Positions 40,367 through 49,757 of a stretch of 64,000 nt of DNA are shown here, piece by piece. The stretch covers positions 5,184,001 through 5,248,000 of the forward strand of contig OZ244042.1 of the NCBI GenBank assembly GCA_965215015.1. The letters run 5' to 3'. A model generated the notes under the pieces. That model was not told the DNA's origin and did no database searches. It saw only the letters and a program-made list of their open reading frames with translations. How positions within the stretch are numbered: position 1 is the first letter of the stretch; each line of letters starts with the position of its first letter. A program made the position numbers and the translations under genes. The DNA is from Candidatus Poribacteria bacterium. Its GTDB lineage: Bacteria > Poribacteria > WGA-4E > PCPOR2b.

Positions 40367-42040
40367 ATGAAATCGATACCGCCACAACCCCCGTGCCCCG
40401 CAAGCGGTGAGAAAGGGCCGACAACTTCCGAAGATCATCAGCGAGTTACCCGATCTGCGGGGATGGTTAGTATCGCCGTGATGGCGTCGCGCCTGCTTGG
40501 GCTGGTGCGTGAGAAGGTGATCGCTTACTTCTTTGCTGCCGGCGTTGGGGGTGATGCGTTTTATGCGGCGTTTCGGATTCCGAACTTGATGCGAGATTTG
40601 TTCGGCGAAGGTGCGTTAAGCAAGGCATTCGTCACAACCTTCATAGGGACCGAGCTGGAGGAGGGTGAAGAAGCGGCTTGGTGTCTGGCGAGCAGGGTTT
40701 TCAACGCGAGTTTTCTCCTACTTACGCTGATAACGCTTATCGGAATTTTCGCTGCTCCTGCTATTGTCGATTTGATATTTATGGGCAAGGGTTTTCAGGA
40801 GGTGCCGCTGGATCCGTCGGAACACTTCGGCTTCGATTCCAAGCGCAATCTGACCGTCTACCTCACGCAGATTATGTTTCCGTATCTGATACTGGTTTCG
40901 TTGGCAGCGGTGGCGATGGGACTTCTCAACAGCAAGGGGAAGTTTGGGTTGCCCGCCTCGGCGTCCTCTTTTTTTAACGTTGGATCGTTAATCGTTGGGG
41001 TGTGCGGTTACTACGTCGCCCCGAACTTTGACCTGCATCGGACAACGGGGATAGCAGTTGGTGTAGTCGTTGGGGGCGCATTGCAATTCCTGGTTCAGGT
41101 GCCTTCGATGCGGCGCGTTGGATTCCGTTATCAGCTCCTTCTCAGTTTTTGTGATGAACGGGTGCGGCAGGTAATGCGTCTTATTGGTCCTGCGATCCTT
41201 GGGGTTGCCGCGTTGCAGGTGAACGTATTGGTCAACTCGATCTTTGCATCGGAGGGGGCGGGTTGGTTGACTTGGATAAACCGTGCTTTTCGGTTGATGC
41301 ACCTGCCGATTGGTGTCTTTGGTGTTGCGATTTCGACTGTTGCCTTGCCGAATCTTGCGAAATTGGTCGCAGCGGGGAACACGGAGGGGTATCGCCGTGC
41401 TTTTTCGTATGCGCTACGCCTGACCTTTCTGCTGACGTTACCCGCGTCGATTGGGTTGATGGTACTTGCTGAACCGATCTGTCGTCTGATTTTTGAGGGG
41501 GGACAGGCAACCCCCTTAGATACACAACAGACGGCGATTGCGCTATTTTACTACGCCTTCGGTCTATGTGGTTTTTCGGCAGTCAAGATTGCGACGGATG
41601 GATTTTATACCTTCAATGACACACGCACACCGGCTGTGGTCAGTCTGTGCACTGTTGGGCTCAATATCCTGCTGAACTATCTCTTTATTTACCGATTCGG
41701 GTTTGATCACAGATCCCTTGCGCTGTCTACCTCCTGCACGATTACGTTGAATTTCCTCGCGCTGCTGTTTCTTTTGCGGGGGAGAGTTGGAGGGTTAGGA
41801 TTAAGTGGCATCTATCTGCTGCTGATTAAACTTGCGCTTGCTTCTGCTGTTATGGGGGGCTTCTGCTGGTGGGGATATACACAGATTGAGGGATGGTTGG
41901 GTACGGAGCGTCTTATCGCCCGGCTCATCGGTGTGTTTGTCCCAATTGGGCTGGGGGTCGCTGTTTTGGTGGGGGGAGCCAAGTTGATGAGAATCCGAGA
42001 GTTGGATCAGCTGTTGGGGGCAATTGTTCGACGGCTATAG
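40367..42040 (+). CDS. murJ: Lipid II flippase MurJ (MviN)
   Basis: SRLLGLVRE, DAFYAAFRIPNLMRDLFGEGALSKAF and LPIGVFG motifs; multiple TM helices. Confidence 0.95.
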   Translation: MKSIPPQPPCPASGEKGPTTSEDHQRVTRSAGMVSIAVMASRLLGLVREKVIAYFFAAGVGGDAFYAAFRIPNLMRDLFGEGALSKAFVTTFIGTELEEGEEAAWCLASRVFNASFLLLTLITLIGIFAAPAIVDLIFMGKGFQEVPLDPSEHFGFDSKRNLTVYLTQIMFPYLILVSLAAVAMGLLNSKGKFGLPASASSFFNVGSLIVGVCGYYVAPNFDLHRTTGIAVGVVVGGALQFLVQVPSMRRVGFRYQLLLSFCDERVRQVMRLIGPAILGVAALQVNVLVNSIFASEGAGWLTWINRAFRLMHLPIGVFGVAISTVALPNLAKLVAAGNTEGYRRAFSYALRLTFLLTLPASIGLMVLAEPICRLIFEGGQATPLDTQQTAIALFYYAFGLCGFSAVKIATDGFYTFNDTRTPAVVSLCTVGLNILLNYLFIYRFGFDHRSLALSTSCTITLNFLALLFLLRGRVGGLGLSGIYLLLIKLALASAVMGGFCWWGYTQIEGWLGTERLIARLIGVFVPIGLGVAVLVGGAKLMRIRELDQLLGAIVRRL

Positions 42041-42245
42041 TGGCGCAAAAGTTCATTGGCTCTATTGGTACATTGGGTGGCATTGGGTATCGTGCAACAA
42101 TCCTGGCTGATTGAGTCTAGATTATAGCGCAATGTTCTAGGTATGAAGTCCGCTTTGGGGACGCAAGTGGGGACACTCCCGCAGGGGGGAATTTGCAGGT
42201 AGAGGGAGGGATTGCAAGGGGAAGAACCTCCTACCCCCAAATACC

Positions 42246-42323
42246 GATATGGTATCAGACCGTTCTAGGCTCAATGAGCCAGTAACTGACGGACAACCCA
42301 TCGGGTATTTAGCGGGGAGGGCA
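42246..42323 (+). repeat. Dispersed repeat GGTATCAGACCGTTCTAGGCTCAATGAGCC...; second copy ~54582-54659, inverted partial ~60510-60537; associated with CCCCGCAAGCGGRG hairpins
   Basis: Direct sequence similarity between the copies. Confidence 0.75.
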
Positions 42324-42468
42324 AGAGGGCTATGTAGTAGGGTGATTGATCACCCGTTGTGGACGCGCAATGAACGCGCGACTACAAACTGAAAAAAGGA
42401 GTAGGCACACTCCCCCGTAAAGAGGGACGCTGCCGCAGGGGGGAGGGTGCAAGCAGGGGATAATCCGT

Positions 42469-42759
42469 GACAAGTGATATCTCTCTAGTCAGACGTTTTG
42501 GGCTTGCGGTTTTGTGGATGAAGCATTGAATCTGCGTGACAGAATATGGCAGTGTCTGAACTGCGATACACAGTTAGATAGAGATCGCAACGCGGGGGTC
42601 AATATCTTTAGGGTGAGACGTCCACCTTCTTAGGGGAAAGGGTAAGCCCATGTTCGGATGGCTCTCTTTGACGCCTATTAGGTAACCGAACAGACAGGAT
42701 AGAGTGCTTCCACCCCTAAAGGTAAGAATCCCAAGCCTTTAGGGGTGAGAGTACGTCAA
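42469..42759 (+). mobile_element. tnpB: IS200/IS605 right-end remnant with tnpB C-terminal fragment
   Basis: DK*YLSSQTFWACG...LNLRDRIWQCLNCDTQLDRDRNAGVNI followed by ...AGAATCCCAAGCCTTTAGGGGTGAGAGTACGTCAA. Confidence 0.8.
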
Positions 42760-42841
42760 ACATATTGCTCTGTTGGACTGAAGCGGGAGACAGTAGCCAC
42801 AGTAGTTACAGCATACGGCGTATGCCTACTACTTTTCTAGG

Positions 42842-43609
42842 CTAATAATAAGCTTCATATCGTATAACTGTTGAGGGGGACAAGCGGACGGATTTACCGC
42901 GCATTGTGTCTAGGTAGCCGAGCCTCAGGAGGGTGATGATCTCGTGGGAATCGGGGATGTTGAAGATTTCCTGAATCCGCTCTCGGTCCATCTGACGTTC
43001 CAGTGGTGCGCTGACAAATTGCGTGCCGATGTTCAGTGCTGTTGCTGTCAGGAGCAAATTTTGGATGGCGGCTCCCATGCCTAACCACATCCACCGATTT
43101 CCTCCTTCGCCGGGTGGGCATCTCGTGTTATCCATCAGTACAAGGATAAGCAACGGTGAGGTGCGAACAAGCTCGGAGATTTCTTTGGCGGGCAGCTGGC
43201 CTGCCCCCAAATGTCCCAGAATGCTAAGATATTTCGCATATTTCAGTAGCGGTTTGAGTTTACTTGGATCTTTCTGGAACAGGGGTGGGAGATCAACATG
43301 ATCGGTCAGCAGCACGCCATCACCGCGTTCTTCCCATTCCGATTCGGTCAGGCGCATCCAACGGCTATTGTCGTCCAGAAAAGTGCTGTCTTTGAATTGC
43401 TCGACAACGCTCCGTGCGACCAACTCGGCGAGGGTATTCTTCCCGGCAGCTTCACGGATGATGAGAAACTCCCAAGGCTGTGTGTTGAATGGGGAGGGTG
43501 CCCACTGCGCTGCTTGGATTAGTTGGTCCAGGTCTTCTTGAGAAATTGCGTCCGTGCGAAATTCGCCGCGATGGGTCCTGCGTTGAGTGATGGCGTCGAA
43601 AAGTTCCAT
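42842..43609 (-). CDS. Nitroreductase family protein
   Basis: RRTHRGEF, APSPFNTQPWEF and GAAIQNLLLTATALNIG motifs. Confidence 0.9.
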   Translation of the reverse strand: MELFDAITQRRTHRGEFRTDAISQEDLDQLIQAAQWAPSPFNTQPWEFLIIREAAGKNTLAELVARSVVEQFKDSTFLDDNSRWMRLTESEWEERGDGVLLTDHVDLPPLFQKDPSKLKPLLKYAKYLSILGHLGAGQLPAKEISELVRTSPLLILVLMDNTRCPPGEGGNRWMWLGMGAAIQNLLLTATALNIGTQFVSAPLERQMDRERIQEIFNIPDSHEIITLLRLGYLDTMRGKSVRLSPSTVIRYEAYY

Positions 43610-43750
43610 GGGATTCTCCTGATATTTATTTAATTAGTACATTGGTTCATTGATTCAGAGCAACTGGATCGAAAGGTAGAGTCCTTCAGTTTTAACAGAA
43701 ACCCGATAGATTTTCAATACCTAGCAACTTGGGTTACTTGAGGAAAGAAG

Positions 43751-44980
43751 ATGGCACAACAAACAGAAATCTTAATCGTCGGCGGCGGCATTTGGGGACT
43801 GAGTACCGCCTATCATTTAGCTAAGTTTGGACAAAAGGGGGTGCTCGTTTTGGAGCGCAACGATGAAATCGCTGCAGAGACAACGCCCCAAGCTGCGGGG
43901 CTCGTCGGTCAAATTCGCCCTTCTGTTATTATGTTGCAGGCGATCCGATATGCCCTTGAACTGTTCTCTCAGTTTCCAAAGGAGACCGGACATGATGCTG
44001 GTCTGCGTCAGACCGGAAGTTTGATGGTGGCACTCACGCCAGAGCGGATGGAAGCCTACGCACGTCAAATTGAACGGTCTCACCTAAACGACATCGAGGC
44101 AGATTTTATTTCCCATACGGAGATGGCTCGCCTCGTTCCTGCGTTGGATCTCACCAAGATTGAGGGCGGCTATTTCGTCCCCAACGACGGCTATGTCGAC
44201 CCCCAGCAGTGCGCCCGCGCTTATGCCGCCGCAGCGAGGGATTTGGGGGTTCAAATCCAATTGAATACGCCCGTAACCGGCTTTCGGCAGCGCAATGGGG
44301 AGATACTTGGGGTAGAGACAGGAAATGGCTTTATCGCATCAAATCATGTCGTAATCACCGCTGGACCGTGGGGTGCTGGGCTTGCCAAGAAGGTTGGCAC
44401 GACCACGGCGGCACAACCGATTCGCCATCAACGTGCTCGCACGGTTCCGACCTCCGGAATCCCCGACCACCACCCAGCGGTGCGTGTTACCGATGTCAGC
44501 TGCTATCTGAGACCTGACAAAGAGGGCTACCTCTATGGGTTCTTTGAACCCATGCCAGTCAGCATCGATTTAGAAACAATGCCCGCTGACTTCAGGACGC
44601 GAGATATTGCCCCCCCTGTGGAGGTCATGGCAGAGGCACAAAGACGGCTTGCCCCAATCTTCCCAATTCTGAAGGACCTTAAAATCACCGAGTATCGACA
44701 CGGGATGACCACATTTGCGCCCGATGGTGCGTATCTGATTGGTCCTGTGCCGGGGATTGATCGACTATACCTAGCCACCGGTTGTGCTGCGTTGGGAATT
44801 GCGGGTTCCCCGGCAATTGGTCGGTGGCTAGCGAGATGGATAATTGACGGAGATCCCGGCGAAGATTTGACTATTTTCTCACACCAACGGTTCGGGAGTC
44901 GAGCGGCCGATCCAGAATGGTTGCGTCGAGAGAGCGAACGATTTTACGCGAATTATTACGGCATCGGATCCGATGAATAA
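43751..44980 (+). CDS. FAD-dependent oxidoreductase (sarcosine oxidase beta / dimethylglycine dehydrogenase N-terminal-like)
   Basis: IVGGGIWGLSTAYHLA, DGYVDP and TFAPDG motifs. Confidence 0.85.
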   Translation: MAQQTEILIVGGGIWGLSTAYHLAKFGQKGVLVLERNDEIAAETTPQAAGLVGQIRPSVIMLQAIRYALELFSQFPKETGHDAGLRQTGSLMVALTPERMEAYARQIERSHLNDIEADFISHTEMARLVPALDLTKIEGGYFVPNDGYVDPQQCARAYAAAARDLGVQIQLNTPVTGFRQRNGEILGVETGNGFIASNHVVITAGPWGAGLAKKVGTTTAAQPIRHQRARTVPTSGIPDHHPAVRVTDVSCYLRPDKEGYLYGFFEPMPVSIDLETMPADFRTRDIAPPVEVMAEAQRRLAPIFPILKDLKITEYRHGMTTFAPDGAYLIGPVPGIDRLYLATGCAALGIAGSPAIGRWLARWIIDGDPGEDLTIFSHQRFGSRAADPEWLRRESERFYANYYGIGSDE

Positions 44981-45197
44981 AACGTAGATTAATTCATTGG
45001 TGCATTGGTTCATTCTCGGATTCGTTTATGTTAAGAAATGATGCAACGGCAATCGTAGATGCTTTCATTAAGAAACTTCTGGTTGCCCGTCTGTAGGCTT
45101 TCTTTTTTATTTGGGTAGATTCGCATTAATTCGCGGACGCTTAAAAGGTTTTTCTGATTTTTGGACGCGCACCACACTCCGACGAAAAGATTATCTA

Positions 45198-46079
45198 ATG
45201 ACAAAACATCAGAACGATATGGACGAAACAGCTCTCAGTCCCGAACCTATTGGACGTCAACGAGCGATACGGGTTGATGTGCCGACGAACTTGGAGAACA
45301 TTCGGGTTATCCTGTTTGAGCCCCGTGAGCCGGGTAACATTGGATCCGCGGCGCGGGCGTTAAAGGGGATGGGACTCTCCCAATTATACCTTGTCAATCC
45401 TATCCCGTTTCTTGATGCGAAACCGACATGGTATATGGCGCACGGCGCAACGGATGTTATCGAGAACTGCTGTGTCGTAGAGACGCTGGAAGATGCCCTC
45501 GAAGGGCTTCAGTTTCTCGTTGGCACCACCCATCGGCGACGGGACCCGAGGCTGCCGCCCTCTGTCTCGGCAAGAGAGGCAGCACAGGAGATTGCCTCTC
45601 TTTCGCAGCACCAGCGGGTCGGGCTGCTATTCGGGCGCGAGGATTTTGGACTATCCAGCTCCCAAATCAGTCGCTGCCAGTTGATAGCAAGCGTCCCAAT
45701 GGCGGCGAAAAACCCGTCCCTGAATCTGGCCCAGGCGGTGCAGGTCTTCGCCTACGAGGTTTTTCTCGCCAGCGCAGGTGATATTCCGCCAACGGAGTTG
45801 GAGTACGCCGAGGTCAATGAGATCGAGGCGTTTTACGGTCGTATCACAGCCTTGTTACAGCAGATTGGTGTTACACCCTACAATCACGATTGGGAGACCT
45901 TTTTGAAATCGTTGCGGCGTGTATTTTCGCGGACGCGGTTAGAAGAACGAGACATCGCTACGCTAGACATGATCTTTTCGACGACATTCCGTTACATCAC
46001 CCGGCTCAACCGCCAACTCGAAGATTTGTCAAATAGTGTCTCTGTGGAATCCTCAGAGGGGGATGACTTCAACACTTAA
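45198..46079 (+). CDS. trmJ: TrmJ/LasT family SPOUT RNA methyltransferase
   Basis: PGNIGSAARALKGMGL, LFGREDFGL and SLNLAQAV motifs; start uncertain. Confidence 0.85.
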   Translation: MTKHQNDMDETALSPEPIGRQRAIRVDVPTNLENIRVILFEPREPGNIGSAARALKGMGLSQLYLVNPIPFLDAKPTWYMAHGATDVIENCCVVETLEDALEGLQFLVGTTHRRRDPRLPPSVSAREAAQEIASLSQHQRVGLLFGREDFGLSSSQISRCQLIASVPMAAKNPSLNLAQAVQVFAYEVFLASAGDIPPTELEYAEVNEIEAFYGRITALLQQIGVTPYNHDWETFLKSLRRVFSRTRLEERDIATLDMIFSTTFRYITRLNRQLEDLSNSVSVESSEGDDFNT

Positions 46080-46377
46080 CCTTAATCTCATCAGCCTCAA
46101 CGACCACTTCATAGGATCTAACGCGGAGTCGTTCATCCGTATGACAACGTCCATTTGTGACATCGTACGCGTAGCCGTGAACCGGGCAGATGACCGCCCC
46201 ATTCCTGACCCGTCCTCTGCCGAGCGGCCCCAGCGCGTGGGCGCACGCATTGTCTAAGGCGTAGAAATTCTCGTCATCGGCGTTGAAAACCGCAATCCGC
46301 TTTCCATTGACGGTGAACGCCTTGCCCCGTCCCTGCCGAATATCCGACGTTTTTGCAACTGTCACATAAGATGACAT
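46069..46377 (-). CDS. Rieske [2Fe-2S] ferredoxin
   Basis: CAH...CPVH ligands; AAGGAG RBS. Confidence 0.9.
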   Translation of the reverse strand: MSSYVTVAKTSDIRQGRGKAFTVNGKRIAVFNADDENFYALDNACAHALGPLGRGRVRNGAVICPVHGYAYDVTNGRCHTDERLRVRSYEVVVEADEIKVKC

Positions 46378-46587
46378 AACACGCTCCTTTCTGCTCAACT
46401 ATATTCACCCGATCTGTAGGTCAATTTCCAAAATCGACAATACTAGAACATAGCCCGACAGAATACCAGTCCCTGTCGCGCGACACTATTGGCTCAATCG
46501 ACCCGGAACATTACGCTATAGTCCGGGTGTTTTGTTAAGATATAAATCTCGACCTACAGGCTGAGTACTTCTCAATTATATTTATAT

Positions 46588-47655
46588 TCACCCCCGATGT
46601 TGGTCGAGAAACATCCGATAGATATCTTCAAACAGCCGCACATCGGTCAGGGTGTCCTCGCCGGAAGATCTGAACGGCGTATCGTTCCGAACATTTTCGA
46701 TGAAATGTTCCGCTTCCCGTCGGTACGCCCATGTCCAGTTCGGTTTCGGGATTGGGCGTGAAATCTCCTGCGTCTCTCCAGCCCGGTAAATCTCCACCTC
46801 GGCGGGAGTGTTCTTCAGCAAGAGCGGCGGTGCCCACGTATGTACCCAGCCGTCTTCAAAGTAGATTTGCGTATGCTCATCCCACCGATAGTGTGAAACC
46901 CTGCCCGTTTCGAGGGTTACACGCACATCCGCCATGTCGAAGATGACGACACCACTGTAACCATTATTGTCGAGGTCAACGACTTTTACCTGCACCTGAT
47001 CACCGGCGTCCAAAAACCAGCGCAGCAGGTTGATGTTGTGGGTGTATTGCTGCAAGTAGCCCAAGTAGGGGCGCACCCATTCCGATGGCAGCCATTCAGG
47101 GGTTTGCGCGGCTGCCTCCGGTTTTGGCACCTCGCTCGTCTCCATCGGTGTATCGAGGTTGCAGATCCACTCCCCGCAGAAACCGTGATTCCGCACGTAG
47201 GTCATCCGCCCCAATTCGCCTGTCGCCCGAAACGCATCCACTTTAGACCTGACCAGTTCGTTGCCGGTGTCATACCGTTTCATGTAGCCAACCATCAGCT
47301 TTTTGCCGGTAGCTTTTCCGGTGGCGACAATTGACTCTGCCTGTTGAGTCGAGACCGCCATCGGCTTCTCCATGAAGACCTGCTTCCCTGCGCTAAGAAG
47401 GTCTTTCGCAATCTCTCCTTGTAAGGCAAAATCGGCAGACACCGCGATGGCTTCGATTTCGGAGTCGGCTGCCAGTTCGGTGTGGTCGGTGTAGAGGCGA
47501 GGGATCCCCCATCGCTGCTGCACTTTTTGACCGAGTTCTGGGCGCACCTCCGCTAACCCGATGAGCTCGCAGTTGGGGAGGCTGGTGAAGTTCGGGATAT
47601 GCACTTTCTGCGCCATGAAGCCGCAGCCTACATACCCCAGTTTGATAGGTGCCAT
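46588..47655 (-). CDS. Gfo/Idh/MocA family oxidoreductase
   Basis: VGCGFMA, MEKP and VGYMKRYD motifs; GGAG RBS before ATG 47655. Confidence 0.9.
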   Translation of the reverse strand: MAPIKLGYVGCGFMAQKVHIPNFTSLPNCELIGLAEVRPELGQKVQQRWGIPRLYTDHTELAADSEIEAIAVSADFALQGEIAKDLLSAGKQVFMEKPMAVSTQQAESIVATGKATGKKLMVGYMKRYDTGNELVRSKVDAFRATGELGRMTYVRNHGFCGEWICNLDTPMETSEVPKPEAAAQTPEWLPSEWVRPYLGYLQQYTHNINLLRWFLDAGDQVQVKVVDLDNNGYSGVVIFDMADVRVTLETGRVSHYRWDEHTQIYFEDGWVHTWAPPLLLKNTPAEVEIYRAGETQEISRPIPKPNWTWAYRREAEHFIENVRNDTPFRSSGEDTLTDVRLFEDIYRMFLDQHRG

Positions 47656-47746
47656 TGTTTCTGTTTTCTCCCAAAGTAAAGTATCCACGAATTTTGATGA
47701 ATGATTTAGCGTAGATTCGTGGATGAATGTTGATTGTTTCAAGAGG

Positions 47747-49219
47747 TTACGGCATACGGCGTATGCGTACTACTTTTGAGACGAGTCCGACCGTTAGGAA
47801 ATTCGCGGCTAGTCCCCAGACGCCGGCGTGGATTCCCATCGGTTTCGTTGCGATTCCGATGCCGGCGAGATTGGCAAACATGATCCCTAACGCAACACAG
47901 GTGCCAAGGAGCAGTCCCGACAGAACAGCGGAGGTGCGGAGGGATTTCAGGTGGACGCCGACGAAGATGGCGGGTGCCACTTGGCATAGCAGTTCCAGTT
48001 TAATCTCCGTCAACCGCCAGAGCGTTTGTGGGAGTTGAATCGCCAGAAAAACCAGTACCGCCATAAGCCCCCACGAGAAAACTTTTCCCGTTACAGTCAG
48101 GTGATGCTGAGATACGTCGGGACGCATCCGCTTATACAGATCTTGCGTAAAAACTGAGGAAACCGCAAGCAGCGCAGAGTCAACGGTAGACATAATTGCA
48201 GCCACAGCGGCAGAAAGAAAGAGGATAAGCAAAATTCGGACGCCGGGGAGTCGGTCTGCCATGTCGTTTAACAAGAACAGAGCCACCTGCTCGCTGCCTA
48301 GCCGATCCAGCCCCGGAAACTGCGCTGCGCCGACAAGACCGACAACGAACATGAAAAAGGTGGTAAAAATTGGCATGAAGACCATGATTTGGAAGGAACG
48401 CCGCAGCGTCTGTTCGTCTTTTGCTGCGTAGATGCGCTGGATGGCGTGCGGATAAATTGACGGTCCAAAAAAGACGATTGTTAATGTGCTTAGCCAAGTG
48501 AGTTTTTGTTTTATTGTCGGGGGTTGCCAAAAAGCGGGTTGCGTTGCCAGCAGTTTCTCCGCGGTGGCGGTTAGGCCGCCGTATTGGTAGCTGATTACAC
48601 CAAAGATGAAGACACATCCTGCCAACAGCAAAACGCCTTGGATAGCGTCGGTCCATGCGACGCTTCGTAATCCGCCGAGTGTCTCGTAAATCAGCATAAT
48701 TAGCGACAAGACAATTACGCCTTGGACAAAGGTTACATACCCACCCGTCGAAGCCTCAACAATGTAACCGATTGCCTTCAGGTTGCTGAGGATATAATTT
48801 CCGAGTGCAATAATGAAAATAACGGTTGAAAGTGCCGTTAGCTTGGTAGATCCAAACCGCTGCTGGATATAGTCGCCAATTGTGATATAGCCGTGTTTTC
48901 TGGAGAGTCGATGGAACTTGGGGGCGTATACCAGATACGCGCCAAGTATCGACATCGAAAAGGTCACGCTCACCAAAAAAAAATACCCAGTTCGGTATAC
49001 ATTGCCGACGAATCCAATCAGTGTAAGACCGCTGTATTGCGTCGCATAGAGGGTAAGGAACAGAACGAATAGCCCGAGTCCTCGGTTGCCGAGGTAAAAA
49101 TCAGCCATTGAATTTTCTCGCCGTGCGAATCGTCCGGCAAGACCGACCACGATGAGGGACGTTAAATAGATCCCCATAAAGAGGACGCCCCCGGGCCCGA
49201 GCAGTGCTGTCGTGTTCAT
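47747..49219 (-). CDS. Sodium:solute symporter family protein (PanF-like)
   Basis: DFYLGNR, GGLRSVAWTD and AAIMSTVDS motifs; multi-TM; last codons come from a REP. Confidence 0.9.
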   Translation of the reverse strand: MNTTALLGPGGVLFMGIYLTSLIVVGLAGRFARRENSMADFYLGNRGLGLFVLFLTLYATQYSGLTLIGFVGNVYRTGYFFLVSVTFSMSILGAYLVYAPKFHRLSRKHGYITIGDYIQQRFGSTKLTALSTVIFIIALGNYILSNLKAIGYIVEASTGGYVTFVQGVIVLSLIMLIYETLGGLRSVAWTDAIQGVLLLAGCVFIFGVISYQYGGLTATAEKLLATQPAFWQPPTIKQKLTWLSTLTIVFFGPSIYPHAIQRIYAAKDEQTLRRSFQIMVFMPIFTTFFMFVVGLVGAAQFPGLDRLGSEQVALFLLNDMADRLPGVRILLILFLSAAVAAIMSTVDSALLAVSSVFTQDLYKRMRPDVSQHHLTVTGKVFSWGLMAVLVFLAIQLPQTLWRLTEIKLELLCQVAPAIFVGVHLKSLRTSAVLSGLLLGTCVALGIMFANLAGIGIATKPMGIHAGVWGLAANFLTVGLVSKVVRIRRMP

Positions 49220-49424
49220 CCTATATGTTTCCAGAGTTTTGAGTTGCCCAACTAGCGGTTATCTGACTATAGGTGGTTGTTATTGAAAAGGTTCATATTA
49301 AAAGAAATGGTAAAACATGATGCGTGAAACATGAAAACAATTTGTCCATTGGTTCATTAGTGCATTGGTGTCCAAGAGTCCACGCGAATTTGTACAAAAT
49401 ACTTCGTGAAGATTCGCGGAGGCT

Positions 49425-49634
49425 TTATGGGTCATCTTCATCTTTTGCGGACACGGACCAATAGCAGCGGAGACAGAGCGCAACCACAATGGCATACAGG
49501 ATTGTCGTGCAAAAGCTATAGAACGCCCAAGGCGGGAAGCCCAAAATTTGCACCGCTTGGGGTTTTGTGAAGAGCCAAGGGACCGTCGCCACAAGGAAGA
49601 ATGTCAATAGGCCATATAGTTTTGGTCGTGTCAT
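49425..49634 (-). CDS. Small two-TM symporter accessory protein (DUF997/YhdT-like)
   Basis: ILGFPPWAFYS motif; lies directly upstream of the SSS gene. Confidence 0.7.
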   Translation of the reverse strand: MTRPKLYGLLTFFLVATVPWLFTKPQAVQILGFPPWAFYSFCTTILYAIVVALCLRCYWSVSAKDEDDP

Positions 49635-49757
49635 TTGTTTTATCCACGAATCTACGCGAATCTGCGCTAAATCATTCGTAAAGATTCGTGGGGTTTTGCG
49701 GAAGCTTTAGCGAATTTGAGATAATCCCTCGGTTCATGAATTCATGCAGTTCGTTAA

